Of a stretch of 64,000 nucleotides of DNA, positions 39,203 through 49,383 are shown piece by piece. The notes beneath the pieces are model-generated. The model was not told the DNA's origin. It did not search any database and was given only the letters and a program-made list of their open reading frames with translations. The DNA is from Trueperaceae bacterium (lineage in GTDB: Bacteria > Deinococcota > Deinococci > Deinococcales > Trueperaceae), in NCBI GenBank assembly GCA_034520945.1, contig JAXHNB010000002.1, positions 32,001 to 96,000 of the forward strand. The letters run 5' to 3'. Positions within the stretch are counted from its first letter, which is position 1. Every line of letters starts with the position of its first letter. The translations under genes were made by a program, and so were the position numbers.

Positions 39203-39948
39203 CCTACCTTCAGTTCCACCTCGTCTTCCTGCTGCCGCCGATCGTGGCGCTGTTCCTGCTTACGCGCCGGCGCCTCCGCGGCACGGCGCTCGGCGCGAGC
39301 CGGGTCGTGACCGCGTTCGCCGCGATCGTGGTGCTGGCGCTGGCCTACACCACACCCTGGGACAACGCCCTGGTGGCCCGCGGTGTGTGGGGGTACCCAG
39401 ACGGGCGCGTGCTGTTTACGCTCGGGTACGTGCCGATCGAGGAGTACGCCTTCTTCGTGCTGCAACCGATCCTTACGGGGCTTGCGCTGCTGGTGCTGGC
39501 CGGGCCCGGGCCGTTGGCGCCGCGGGCGCGGCCAGCGCCGTGCGCCGCGCTGTGGCGGGTCCTCGGCGCGAGCGGCTTCCTCGCGCTGGGCGGTGTGGGC
39601 GCCGCGCTGCTCACGACACAGGCCGGGACCTACCTGGGCATGATCCTCGCCTGGGCGGGGCCCGTGGGGGCGTTGCAGTGGGCCGTCGGGGGGCACGAGC
39701 TCGCGGCGCGCGGGCGGTCGTGGCTGCCCGCGGTGGCGGTGTCGACGCTCTACCTGTGGGCGGCCGACCGCGCCGCCCTGGCGCTGGGGATCTGGTGGAT
39801 CTCGCCGGAGCTGACCACGGGGGTCCACCTGCTGGGCCTGCCCGTCGAGGAGGCGACGTTCTTCCTGGTCACCAACCTGATGGTGGTGCAGGGCTTGGTG
39901 CTGTTCCTGGCGATGGTGCCGCGGAGGGAGTGGCGATGGGCGTACTAG
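39199..39948 (+). CDS. Membrane lycopene cyclase, copy 2
   Basis: Protein identical to copy 1. Confidence 0.88.
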   Translation: MTYLQFHLVFLLPPIVALFLLTRRRLRGTALGASRVVTAFAAIVVLALAYTTPWDNALVARGVWGYPDGRVLFTLGYVPIEEYAFFVLQPILTGLALLVLAGPGPLAPRARPAPCAALWRVLGASGFLALGGVGAALLTTQAGTYLGMILAWAGPVGALQWAVGGHELAARGRSWLPAVAVSTLYLWAADRAALALGIWWISPELTTGVHLLGLPVEEATFFLVTNLMVVQGLVLFLAMVPRREWRWAY

Positions 39949-40574
39949 GGGCGTTCCTCCGCACCGGTTTCGACGTGATGGTACGGCGGCGCCTGCGTGG
40001 GGTGTGGTTGCGCGGCGAGCTTCCCGGCGGCGGGTTCGTGTGGGCCGCCAACCACCACGGCTGGTGGGACGCCTTCGTCGCCGTCGTCATGCTGTGGCGC
40101 CGCGGCCGACGGGTGTGCGTCCTGGTCGACCCCGAGAGCCTGGCCCAGCACGGCTACCTGCGGCACGCCGGGGCGCTGGGCACGCACGAACTTCGCGCCG
40201 CCCTGGCCCGGTTGCGCGCGGGGGAGGTGGTGGTGATCTTCCCCGAGGGCGAGCTGCGTGCGGCGGGACCGGTCGGTCCGCTGGCGGGCGGCGCCGCCTG
40301 GTTGGCGCGGCGGGCGCCGGCCCCGCTGGTGGCGGTGGCGACCCGTGTCACGCTGCGCGGGCACCAGGCGCCGGAGGCCTACCTGTCGCTGCGGCCCTGC
40401 CGGCCCGACGCCCTCGAGGCGGCCCTGCGCGAGGAAGTGGCGGAACTCGACGCCGAACTGCAGGCGTCCGACCCGCGCGCGCCGCTGCCGGGCTTCGCGC
40501 GCGTGTTGGCCGGGCGCCGGAGCGCCGAGGAGCGCCTGCCGCGCCGCGGGACCGCGCGGGAGACCTCCCGGTGA
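39936..40574 (+). CDS. Acyltransferase, copy 2
   Basis: NHHGWWD, FPEG; same as copy 1. Confidence 0.8.
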   Translation: MGVLGAFLRTGFDVMVRRRLRGVWLRGELPGGGFVWAANHHGWWDAFVAVVMLWRRGRRVCVLVDPESLAQHGYLRHAGALGTHELRAALARLRAGEVVVIFPEGELRAAGPVGPLAGGAAWLARRAPAPLVAVATRVTLRGHQAPEAYLSLRPCRPDALEAALREEVAELDAELQASDPRAPLPGFARVLAGRRSAEERLPRRGTARETSR

Positions 40575-41650
40575 GCGTCCTGCTGCCGTGGGCCGTGCTG
40601 GCCGTATGGGCGTTGCGCATCTGTGTGCTGAGCGTCAACCTGCGGGCGTTCCCCGTCCTGGCGCCCGCGGGCGGGGACGCCACGCTCGGACGCGTCTCTT
40701 TGCTCGTCCCCGCCCGCGACGAGGAGGCCACGCTGCGCGAGACGCTGCGCGGGCTGTTGGCGCAACCCGCCGACGAGATTCTGATCCTGAACGATCATTC
40801 GCGCGACGGCACCGGCGCGCTCCTGGCGGCGGCGGCGCGGGACCACCCCACCCTTCGCGTTCTGGAGGGCGCGCCGCTGCCCGAGGGGTGGATCGGCAAG
40901 AACTGGGCGTGCCACCAGTTGGCCGAAGCCGCGCGGGGCGACGTGCTGGTGTTCGCCGACGCCGACGTGCATTGGCAGGAGGGGGCGCTGGCTGCCCTGC
41001 TGGCGGAGATGGCGCGCCAGGACGCGGACGCGTTCTCCGTGTTCCCGCGGCAGCGGACGGGCAGCCTGGGGGAGCGCGCGGTCCTGCCGCTGATCGACGA
41101 GACCTTGCTGTCGTTCCTTCCGTTCGCCTTGCTGGAGCGTGACGTGCCGTCCGCCGCGGCGGCGCACGGGGCGGTCTTCGCGTTCCGGCGCGATGCCTAC
41201 CGGCGTACCGGCGGTCACGCGGCGCTTCGGGGCGAGATCCTCGAGGACGTGCGGATGGCGCAGCGTGTGCGGCGCGTCGGCGCGCGGTTGGGCCTGGCGC
41301 TGGGCGGGCCCATGCTGGGTATCCGCATGTACCACGGCTACGCCCAGGTCGTGCGCGGCATGGGTAAGAGCCTCCGCGCCGCTCACGGCGAGTCACGTCT
41401 GCTGGTGCTGCTGGGGGCGGCCGCGAACCTCGCGATGTACACCGCGCCGTTCGTGCTGGCGCCGCTGGATCCGCGCTGGCTGCCGGCGGCGGCCCTGGCA
41501 TTGCTGTCGCGGGCGCTGGTCGACGCCAAGACGGGCCGCGGATCGCTGGCCGAGCTCGCGCTGGTGCCGTTCGCGCCGTTGCTGGCGCTGCCCGCCTACG
41601 CCCTGGGTTTGCGCCACCAGCGCCACTGGAAAGGACGGGTCTACGCGTGA
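40571..41650 (+). CDS. GT2 glycosyltransferase, copy 2
   Basis: Same motifs as copy 1 with clusters of substitutions. Confidence 0.85.
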   Translation: MSVLLPWAVLAVWALRICVLSVNLRAFPVLAPAGGDATLGRVSLLVPARDEEATLRETLRGLLAQPADEILILNDHSRDGTGALLAAAARDHPTLRVLEGAPLPEGWIGKNWACHQLAEAARGDVLVFADADVHWQEGALAALLAEMARQDADAFSVFPRQRTGSLGERAVLPLIDETLLSFLPFALLERDVPSAAAAHGAVFAFRRDAYRRTGGHAALRGEILEDVRMAQRVRRVGARLGLALGGPMLGIRMYHGYAQVVRGMGKSLRAAHGESRLLVLLGAAANLAMYTAPFVLAPLDPRWLPAAALALLSRALVDAKTGRGSLAELALVPFAPLLALPAYALGLRHQRHWKGRVYA

Positions 41651-42789
41651 CGGCGGCCCCCCGTTCGTCGCTGCCCTCGCCCCAGGGCGCTCCCGTCGCC
41701 GGGCACCTGGGCCGCTGGGGGAAAGAACCCCTGACGCTGCTCGAAGAAGGGGCGGCACTGGGCGAGGCATTCGAGCTTCGCCTGTGGCGGCGCGCCGTGG
41801 TCGGGTACTCCACCGCGTGGAACCGGACCGTGCTGGGCGACCTGGACACCTTCCGAAGCCGCGGCAGCCTCAGCGGCATGACGCCGTACCTGAACGGGGG
41901 CGTCGTCATGACCGACCCGCCGGCGCACGCCGAGCGCAGGGCCCAACTGAACCCGCACTTTCACGCGACGGCGCTGGCGCCGCTGCGCGAGCGGCTGGCG
42001 CGTACGGTCGATCGCGAGCTGCCGCGCGGTTCGTTCGACACCGTCGCGTGGTCGCTTCGGGTGGTGCCGGCGCTGCTCAACGAGGCGTTCTTCGGAGGTT
42101 CGTTCCCGCCGGCGCTGCTGGCGCACTTCCTGGCGCCGCTGCACCGGCCGTTGCCCGGGCCGCTGCTACCGCGGCCGGTGCGCTTCGCCCGCGTGCGGCG
42201 CCAGATCGCGCGCCGCATGGGGCACGCCCCGGAGGGCGCGCTCGTGAACGAGCTGGCGCACCTACCGGGCGCGGCGGAGGAGGTGCGGGTGTCGCTGGCC
42301 GCCGGGTTCGACACCACCTCGCACACCCTCTCCTGGGCGTTGTGGTTCCTCGCGTCGCATCCGGACGCCCGCAACCAGGAAGCCCTGCCACGGTTGATCA
42401 AGGAGACGCAGCGCCTGTACCCGGCCGGCTGGCTGGGCAGCCGCGTCACGTCGCGCCCGTTCACGTTCGAGGGCCGCACCTTTCCGCGGGGCCTGCTGGT
42501 GTTCTACAGCCCCTACCTCACCCACCGCCATCCGGACCTGTGGCGCAATCCGGCGAGCTTCGAGCCGGACCGGTTCGCGTCGCGCCCCCCGGCCTGGGGG
42601 TACATCCCCTTCGCGGCGGGGCCGCGCGCCTGCCTGGGCATGCACCTGGCGCGGATGATGCTCGAGGTGGCGCTGGAGCCGTTCCTGGCCGGAACGCTGG
42701 AGGCCGTGGACGGCGACCCGCGGCCCCGCACCGGCCTGACCCTCGCCCCGCGCGGGCCGTTGCAGGTGCGCTGGGACCCCCGCGCCTGA
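41647..42789 (+). CDS. Cytochrome P450, copy 2
   Basis: Protein identical to copy 1. Confidence 0.88.
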   Translation: MTAAPRSSLPSPQGAPVAGHLGRWGKEPLTLLEEGAALGEAFELRLWRRAVVGYSTAWNRTVLGDLDTFRSRGSLSGMTPYLNGGVVMTDPPAHAERRAQLNPHFHATALAPLRERLARTVDRELPRGSFDTVAWSLRVVPALLNEAFFGGSFPPALLAHFLAPLHRPLPGPLLPRPVRFARVRRQIARRMGHAPEGALVNELAHLPGAAEEVRVSLAAGFDTTSHTLSWALWFLASHPDARNQEALPRLIKETQRLYPAGWLGSRVTSRPFTFEGRTFPRGLLVFYSPYLTHRHPDLWRNPASFEPDRFASRPPAWGYIPFAAGPRACLGMHLARMMLEVALEPFLAGTLEAVDGDPRPRTGLTLAPRGPLQVRWDPRA

Positions 42790-42831
42790 CGGCCTACCCT
42801 GCACGGACGTCGGGCGCGCGGCAGGGTGCGC

Positions 42832-43440
42832 CTACTCGCCGCGGTTCCGCACCGGCGTCCACCAGCGAAAGCTGCGCGCCACGTCGTCGAACGGGTCCCA
42901 GTCGAAGCTCTCCCAGCGCATGATGCGGACCACCCCGTCGTCGCTCGGCACCAGGTAGCTGGACTCGCGGTAGGGCGTCCCGTCGCCCGCGTGGTAGGTG
43001 ACCGTGACCCGCACGCCCTCCGTGCCGGGGCCCAGCGCCACCTGCTCGGTGTCGGCGTCCGGACCGTACTGCTCCTTCAGCTGCGCCTCCACGCTGGTGT
43101 CGCGCAAGAAGACGAGGCTCATGTCGGGGACCGTGGGTTCGCCCAGGTGCGTGGTGTGCACGTAGTAGCTGGCGCCGGACGCCGCCACGCGGTGCGTGCT
43201 CGGCACGTCCAGGGCGAAGCCCCGTTCGGTGTCGACGAAGGTGTGCCACTCCATGGGCGCTTCGTGCGGGGGCGGCATGGTCTGCGGACCCGGCACCATG
43301 GGCGTGTCGTCGCCTCGGTCCTGCGCCCACGCCGCGCTCAGCAGCAGCGCAAGCGCCGCCGCGCTCGCCAACGCGCGCCACCGCTGCCCGCGACTCCCGC
43401 CATGGAAACGAGGGAGCCGGGGCCGAAGGGACCGTGCCAT
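42832..43440 (-). CDS. Hypothetical secreted protein, copy 2
   Basis: Near-identical to 25738..26346; frame kept in both copies. Confidence 0.6.
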   Translation of the reverse strand: MARSLRPRLPRFHGGSRGQRWRALASAAALALLLSAAWAQDRGDDTPMVPGPQTMPPPHEAPMEWHTFVDTERGFALDVPSTHRVAASGASYYVHTTHLGEPTVPDMSLVFLRDTSVEAQLKEQYGPDADTEQVALGPGTEGVRVTVTYHAGDGTPYRESSYLVPSDDGVVRIMRWESFDWDPFDDVARSFRWWTPVRNRGE

Positions 43441-43449
43441 GGGGCGAGT

Positions 43450-46400
43450 CTAGCCGACCCGGAACGCGGTGGCGAGCGCCGCCGCCAGCGCGTGCGCCTC
43501 GTCCCAACGGTGCTCGTCGTGCCCGAGCTGCTGGACCAGGACCTGGTACACGCGCCGCGTCCGGGCGTGCGCGTCCAAGGGGGGCGCGGGTCCACGAACC
43601 CTTCTTGCTGGAGGAAGCTGGCCAGTTCCTCGCGCTTGTCGCTGCGGAAGCCGGAGACGCGGCCTTCCTCCAGCGCGTCCAGGAGGTCGGCGGCGTCGCC
43701 GTTCAGTTCCTGGGCCAACGCATCGACGCGGTCCAGGAACGTCTCGGTCACGGCGCCCGACCTCTCGAGAGCGGTGCGGTCGACGGGGCGGCCGCGCCCT
43801 TCGCGCCACGCCTGCAGCCACGCCCGAGCGGCCGCCACGCGCGCGGTGAGCAGGGGGGTGGTGTCGCCTGGCAGCAGGTGCTCGGCGGCGGGGGACGCCA
43901 GGAGACCTTCGAGCTGGCCGGCGCGCTCGACCCCCAGGCAGAGCAGGCGCCAGGTCAGGGCCAGGTCGTCGCGCAGGAGGTGGAACACGTGCACGGCGCC
44001 CGCGTCCTGCCACGGGTCGGCCGCGGGCACGGCGATCCGGGTGGCGTACGCCTCGGGCGTGTCACCTCCGGGGTGGGGTGGCCGTTCGCGCGGGGGCAGC
44101 GCGAGCGTGCCGGGGTCAATGATGGCGTGTTGGTCGGCCCGAAGCCGGCCGAGGTCGATCACGTGCGGCGTTTCGTCCGGTGAGGCGTCCTCGTCGCTCC
44201 CGTCGGCACTGCGCCAGAACGCCGCGTCGTCGGCGCGGGCGGTGAGGTAGAACACCTGCCTGCCCTGCTGGCGCGCCACCTGCCGTAGCGCGTCCGCGAC
44301 GGCGTGAAACCGTTCGGGGTCGGCGGTGGTGAGGGCCTCGTCCAGGAACAACGGAAGCGGTTCGCGCCCCCGTTCGGCCTCGGTGGCGAAGGAGATGCGG
44401 ACGGCCAGCAGGAGCTGGGCGAGCGTACCGGTGGACAGTTCGCTCGGGGCGCGCCAGCGGCCGGTGGCGGTCTCGTAGGCACGGAAGGCGGGCCCCTCAT
44501 CGCCTGGTTGGAACGCCAGCCGGTAGCGGTGGTGCGTGAACCGCGCGAAGGCGTCGGCCGCGCGTCGCAGCGTCGCGGGGCGGTGCTCGCTGCGGTGGGC
44601 CGCCTCGACCTGGTCCAACAGGAACGCGCCGGCGGTGGCCCAGGTCGCCTCTTCGAGCCGGTCGCGCAAGCGGTCCTCGGCTGCCTGCCGTGCGGCGTTC
44701 GCGGCTTCCAACCGGCGGGCGGTGGCGGCGTGGTCGACCTCCGCTTCGATGGCGGCGATCTCCTTGGTGAGCGCATCGGCGCGGTGTTGCGCCTGTTCGC
44801 TCTCGGTGTGAAGGGCGCCCAGCGTGCCGCCGGTTGCCGTCCGCGCTGCCTCCAGGATCTCGGGATGCTCGTTCAGGCGACGTTCCGCCGCCTCCGCCCC
44901 TGCGCGCACGCGCGCCCGTTCGTCCACCCGTTCGCGGTACGCGTCCAGCAGGTCCATGCGGGCGCGAAGCTCGTGCTCCAATGCGCGCGCGTCGGCGTCG
45001 GCCAACGCCTGCTCGGCGTCGCTGTCGCCCAGCAGGCCGGCGTGCTCGAACACGCTTCGGCGCTGCGCACGGGCCTCCTCCAGGCGGGCGCGGGCGGCGT
45101 CGATGCGTTCACCGGCGCGCGCCGCCTCGGCCGCGGCGGCGTCGCGGGCCCGCACCCGCTCCGCCAGCGCCTCCAGCGCGCGTTCCAGCATGACGCTGTC
45201 CGGGCTCATCGCCTCGGGGGCCGCTCGGTAGCGCGCTAGGAATCCCAGCACGTCCTGCCGGGCTCGGGCGAGGGACGCCTCCAGGCGCACCCGTTCGGCG
45301 CCGGCCGCGGCCGCGGCCCGATGGGTTCGGTCCCGTTCGTCCACCAGCCGCAACCAGCGTTGCAGCGAGCCGTCGAGGTGGCGCGGGTCGAAGCCCAGCG
45401 TTTCGGCCCGTGCCTGCAGGCGTTTCGCTTCGGCGTCCAGACGTTCACGGGTGCGGGCACGCTGCCGTTCCAGGGTGGCGCGCCGTTCGTCGTCCAGCGC
45501 CCGCGTTCGTGCTTCGGCGATCTCCCGTTCGAGCCGGTCGAGCTGCTGGTGCACGGCGTCCGCGGTCCAGTCGGCCGGCGCGGGAAGTCCCGTGTCCCGG
45601 TACGCCTCCCGGGTGCGGGCGCGACGCCGTGCGTGCGGCCGCGCGGGCGACAGCGCCGCCAAGCCCACGGCGGCGGCCAACGCCGTCAAGGCGTAGGCGG
45701 GGTGGACCGCGGTGGCGGCCCACGCCGCCACGGCGACGGCGGCGATCACCGTGACCAGGCCGATCCGGCGCCGCAGGGGCCAGGACGGCTGGTGCGCGCG
45801 CAGCCACGCCGCCAGGTGCCGCCGGCCCTCGTCCAGCACGACGGGGTCGGGCGCCTCCGCGGCCGGCGCCGGCAGGGCGTCCAGGGCGGCTTCGAGCGCG
45901 GCGCGTTCGGCGTCCAGCGCGCGCTTGGCCTCGAGCTCCGTCTCGGCGGCGCGGACCGTGTCGGGACCCAGCCGCGCGGCGGCCTCGGGCGCTGGCGCGC
46001 CGAGGTCCTCGCGGGCGGCCCGCAGGCGGATGCGCTGCGCCGCCTCCTCCCGGGCCTGCGCGGCGTACGTCCCCTCCTGCGTGCGCAGGTGGGCCACCGC
46101 GGCGCGCCACGGTTCCAAGTCGGCATCGGACGGGTGGTGCGGGTCCAGGCCGGTGTGGTGCGTCCGCCGTTGCGCCTCGGCCTGGTCCCGTTCGGCCGCT
46201 GCGAGCGCGCGCGTCGCCTGGTCGTGCGCGTTGTGCGCCGTGTCCAGTTGCCGCAGCAGGTCGCCGTGCAGCAGCTCCATGCCGGGCGGAAACGCCTCCA
46301 ACGCCACCTCGAGCTCCCGCATGCGGGCCTCGGCGGCGTGAAGCTCCCGGGCGGCCTGATAGGCGGGCGCCTGGGCGGCCTCGCGCCGGCACGCCTGCAG

Positions 46401-46964
46401 GCGGTTCTGCAGATCATTCAAGCGTGCCTGGTCCGAGGCCAGGGCCTGCTGCGCGCGCTGGGCGGCGCGCACCTCGTCCTCGGCGCGCGCCAGGGCCTGC
46501 TGCTCGGTCTGCCCGTGCCGCGCCTTGACCGAGAATCCTGCCGCGTCGCGCGCTGCGTTCAGGTCGTAGCCCCCGCTGGCTTCGCGGGCCAACGCCTCGG
46601 CGATCCGCGTGTCGGTGTCGCCGAGGGCGGTGAGATCCTCGATGCGGAGGGTGTAGCACGGCAGCAGGTGCGGTTCGGGCAGTGGTGGAGCCGCCACCCG
46701 CACGCCTGCCCGGTGCCACGCTACCTCGTCGCCGACGCGGTGCGCCTGCAGCGTGCCCTCGTCGTCCTCGAAGTCGGCTTCGACGGTGACGCCGCGTGCG
46801 CGGTAGGCGCTCGGGTCCAGCAACGCCACGACCGCGCGAACCACGCTGCTCTTGCCCGAGGCGTTGGGGCCGACCAGCACGTTGATGCCGCCGCTCAGGC
46901 CGTCCAGCTGAAACGGCGTCTCGATCCCGGGCAGACGGTCGATGCGGAGGCGGGCGAGCTTCAC
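43450..46964 (-). CDS. YhaN/SbcC-like AAA ATPase, copy 2; same -1 indel in G-run 43579-43584
   Basis: Walker A/B and signature as in copy 1. Confidence 0.85.
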
Positions 46965-48250
46965 GAAGCGAGGTCCTCACGCTGGGCCAACAGCACGTCC
47001 AGCGCGCGCAGGGCGGCCGCATCCAGCAGTTCGGCGATTCGTTCGTCGTCCAACGGCTCGGTGCCGACGTCGCGAAGGTAGCGACTCTCCCGCACGCTCC
47101 GGAGGTGGGGTCGCGCCTCCTGGATCAGGGCCTGGCGGGCCGGATCGTCCGTGCCCTCGCGGAGCAGCAGCAGCCGCGCCGCCAGCAGCCCCACCGGGTC
47201 GCTGCCCTGCGCCAGGGCGTGCAGGTCGACCTCGGGCAGGGCGTCCAGATGCCAGGCGTGCACGAAGTAGGCCACATCGCCGCGGTGCTGCACGCTGCGC
47301 CTGGGGTCGTCACCCTCGAGCAGGCGTTGCACCTCGCGCCGGTAGCCGGTGCGGCCGCCCAGGCGCAGGCGGCACCCCACGGCGCGCGGGGGGTGCGTCC
47401 CGGACGCCACCCGCCGGTCCAACGCGTCCAGCGCGGCGGCGATGCGGACGTGCACCTGCTCGGGCGCCGCCAACTCGCTGACGTCGATGGGCACCTCCTC
47501 CCACCGCAGGGGCGCCAGCGGTAGGTGCGTCACGGACAGCGTGCCGTCCTGGGTCACCTCGAGGAGCCAGGGGCCGTGCGGGCCGGGCTCGCCCGGGTCG
47601 GTGCCGACCAGCGAGCCGAGGTACCCCATCGGGCGCGGCCCGGGCGCGAGGTCGGGGGCGTGGAGGTGCCCCAGCAGCCAGGCGTCCACGGGGGCGGCGC
47701 GCAGGTCGGCGCTGCGGACCGGGGCGTAGGGGCTGCCGGTCGCGTCCCGGTCGGCGTGCAGCAGGCCGATCACGGGGAGCGCGTCCTCGCGCGGGGGCAG
47801 CCCGTCCGCGAGCGGGTCGCCGGGTGCGGTGTCGTGCGGGAACGACCAGCCCAGGATGTGGGCCTGCACCCCGTCTGCGCCGGTGAGCGTCTCGGCCTGC
47901 CAGCGGCCGTCGCGGCCGAGCAATGTCACGCCGGACACCGCCTCCGCCAGTCGGGGCAGGACGCGCACGTCGTGGTTGCCGGACACCGCCAGCACCCGGA
48001 TTCCGGCGTCGGCCAGCTCCTCGGCGCCACTGCGCAGGTCGGCGTACGCTTCGAAGAAGTCGCTGTCGTCGTCGACCACGTCGCCGGCCAAGAGCACGGC
48101 GTCCACCGACAGCTGGCGCGCCTCCGCCACCGTGCGGCGCCAGGCGGCGGCGGGCCCCAGCTCCGCCGCGCGCACGCTGGGCGCGAGCCCCTCTGGCAGC
48201 CGCGAGGGTTGGCGGCCGAGGTGAAGGTCCGCGCAGCACAGCAGCTTCAT
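46961..48250 (-). CDS. YhaO/SbcD-like exonuclease, copy 2
   Basis: Metallophosphoesterase motifs as in copy 1. Confidence 0.9.
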   Translation of the reverse strand: MKLLCCADLHLGRQPSRLPEGLAPSVRAAELGPAAAWRRTVAEARQLSVDAVLLAGDVVDDDSDFFEAYADLRSGAEELADAGIRVLAVSGNHDVRVLPRLAEAVSGVTLLGRDGRWQAETLTGADGVQAHILGWSFPHDTAPGDPLADGLPPREDALPVIGLLHADRDATGSPYAPVRSADLRAAPVDAWLLGHLHAPDLAPGPRPMGYLGSLVGTDPGEPGPHGPWLLEVTQDGTLSVTHLPLAPLRWEEVPIDVSELAAPEQVHVRIAAALDALDRRVASGTHPPRAVGCRLRLGGRTGYRREVQRLLEGDDPRRSVQHRGDVAYFVHAWHLDALPEVDLHALAQGSDPVGLLAARLLLLREGTDDPARQALIQEARPHLRSVRESRYLRDVGTEPLDDERIAELLDAAALRALDVLLAQREDLAS

Positions 48251-48347
48251 GTGCGTTCCATCGTCGCACGCGCGCGCCAGGCGCGGGCCCGGAGCCGGGT
48301 GTGCGGCCCACGGAGCGTGGGCCGCGGCCGAAGGACGCCGGGCAGCC

Positions 48348-49262
48348 TCAGGCGCCGATGCCGACCAGGGGATCGCCCTGGTTGATCGCCAGGCTGCTCA
48401 CCCCGAACAGGACGCGCCCGTCGATGGGGCTGACGGCCTCCTGCAGCGGTTCGCCCAGCAGGGAGCGCAGCGTGCCCACCGCCTGGCCGGCTCGGAGGCG
48501 CTGGCCGGCGGTGACGGTCGGATACCACAGGCCGTCGTGCTCGGCGCGCAGCCACGCGAACTCCCGTAGCACCGTCGCGTCCGGCGCCTCCCCTTCGCCG
48601 TCGCGCATGCCGAGGTGCGCCATGACGCGCGTCACGCCGTCCGCCAGGCGGCCCACCTCCGCCTCGGGGCGCAGTCCCTGGCCGCTGGCCTCCGGCAGGA
48701 TCGCCGGGATGCTTCGCGCCGCGGCGGCGGTGATGGTCGACCCGAACCCCTCGGACGCGATCAGGGTGGGGATGCCGAACGCGCGGGCGAGCGCCTCTGC
48801 GGCACCGTCGCCGGCGGCGAACAGCGTGAACGGGTCCAGGGGCTCGATCAGGTCGCCGCCGTGCAGGTCCACGTACGCGTCCGCGGCGGCGATGAACTCG
48901 GTCGTGAACCAGTGCGCCAGCCGCTGCGAGAACGTTCCGTTCGGGTCGCCCGGGAACTGGCGGTTGAGGTTCTTGCCGTCCACGGGGTTCACGTAGATGG
49001 TTCGGGCGAAGAACGACGGCGGGCACAGGATCGGGAGCACCACCAGCGTGCCGCGGAGCGTGGCGGGATCTACGTCCATCGCCCGGTAGGCCGCCTCGAT
49101 CGAGGCGTACTCCGCGCCGTGCACGCCGGCGCTGAGCAGCAGCGTCGGCCCGTCGGTGGCACCGCGAATCACGGCGTAGGGCAGTTCGATGGCGGGGGAG
49201 AGGTCGGGGCGCAGCATCCCGCGGTGGGTGCGGCCCGCGGCGAAGCGGGTGGGGTCGAACAT
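48348..49262 (-). CDS. M14 succinylglutamate desuccinylase/aspartoacylase-family protein (intact copy)
   Basis: GAGGAGG RBS, GVHGAEY (HxxE), DGKNLNRQFPG, DLHGGD, C-terminal barrel-sandwich hybrid domain. Confidence 0.9.
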   Translation of the reverse strand: MFDPTRFAAGRTHRGMLRPDLSPAIELPYAVIRGATDGPTLLLSAGVHGAEYASIEAAYRAMDVDPATLRGTLVVLPILCPPSFFARTIYVNPVDGKNLNRQFPGDPNGTFSQRLAHWFTTEFIAAADAYVDLHGGDLIEPLDPFTLFAAGDGAAEALARAFGIPTLIASEGFGSTITAAAARSIPAILPEASGQGLRPEAEVGRLADGVTRVMAHLGMRDGEGEAPDATVLREFAWLRAEHDGLWYPTVTAGQRLRAGQAVGTLRSLLGEPLQEAVSPIDGRVLFGVSSLAINQGDPLVGIGA

Positions 49263-49334
49263 GGGGAAGCCTCCTCGGACCCGAGCCTATCCGCCGCGCC
49301 TTGGCGAAGAACGATGCGGCACGAGAGTGGTACG

Positions 49335-49343
49335 TGCTATAGT
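49335..49343 (+). promoter_or_regulatory. Extended -10 element (TGC-TATAGT) upstream of the ABC operon
   Basis: Sequence match about 40 nt upstream of ATG 49384. Confidence 0.45.
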
Positions 49344-49383
49344 TTCCTTCTCACAACACGTAGCAACGGAAAGGGAGGACTCC

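Larger units (their letters stand above)
32384..49254 (+). repeat. Tandem duplication, copy 2 (~16.9 kb)
   Basis: Colinear with 15290-32159; patches of SNPs separated by near-identical kilobases. Confidence 0.95.

Noticed and set aside
15290..49254. Duplicated block as a transposon, prophage or ICE
   Set aside because: No transposase, integrase, phage structural genes, att-like or terminal inverted repeats were seen.
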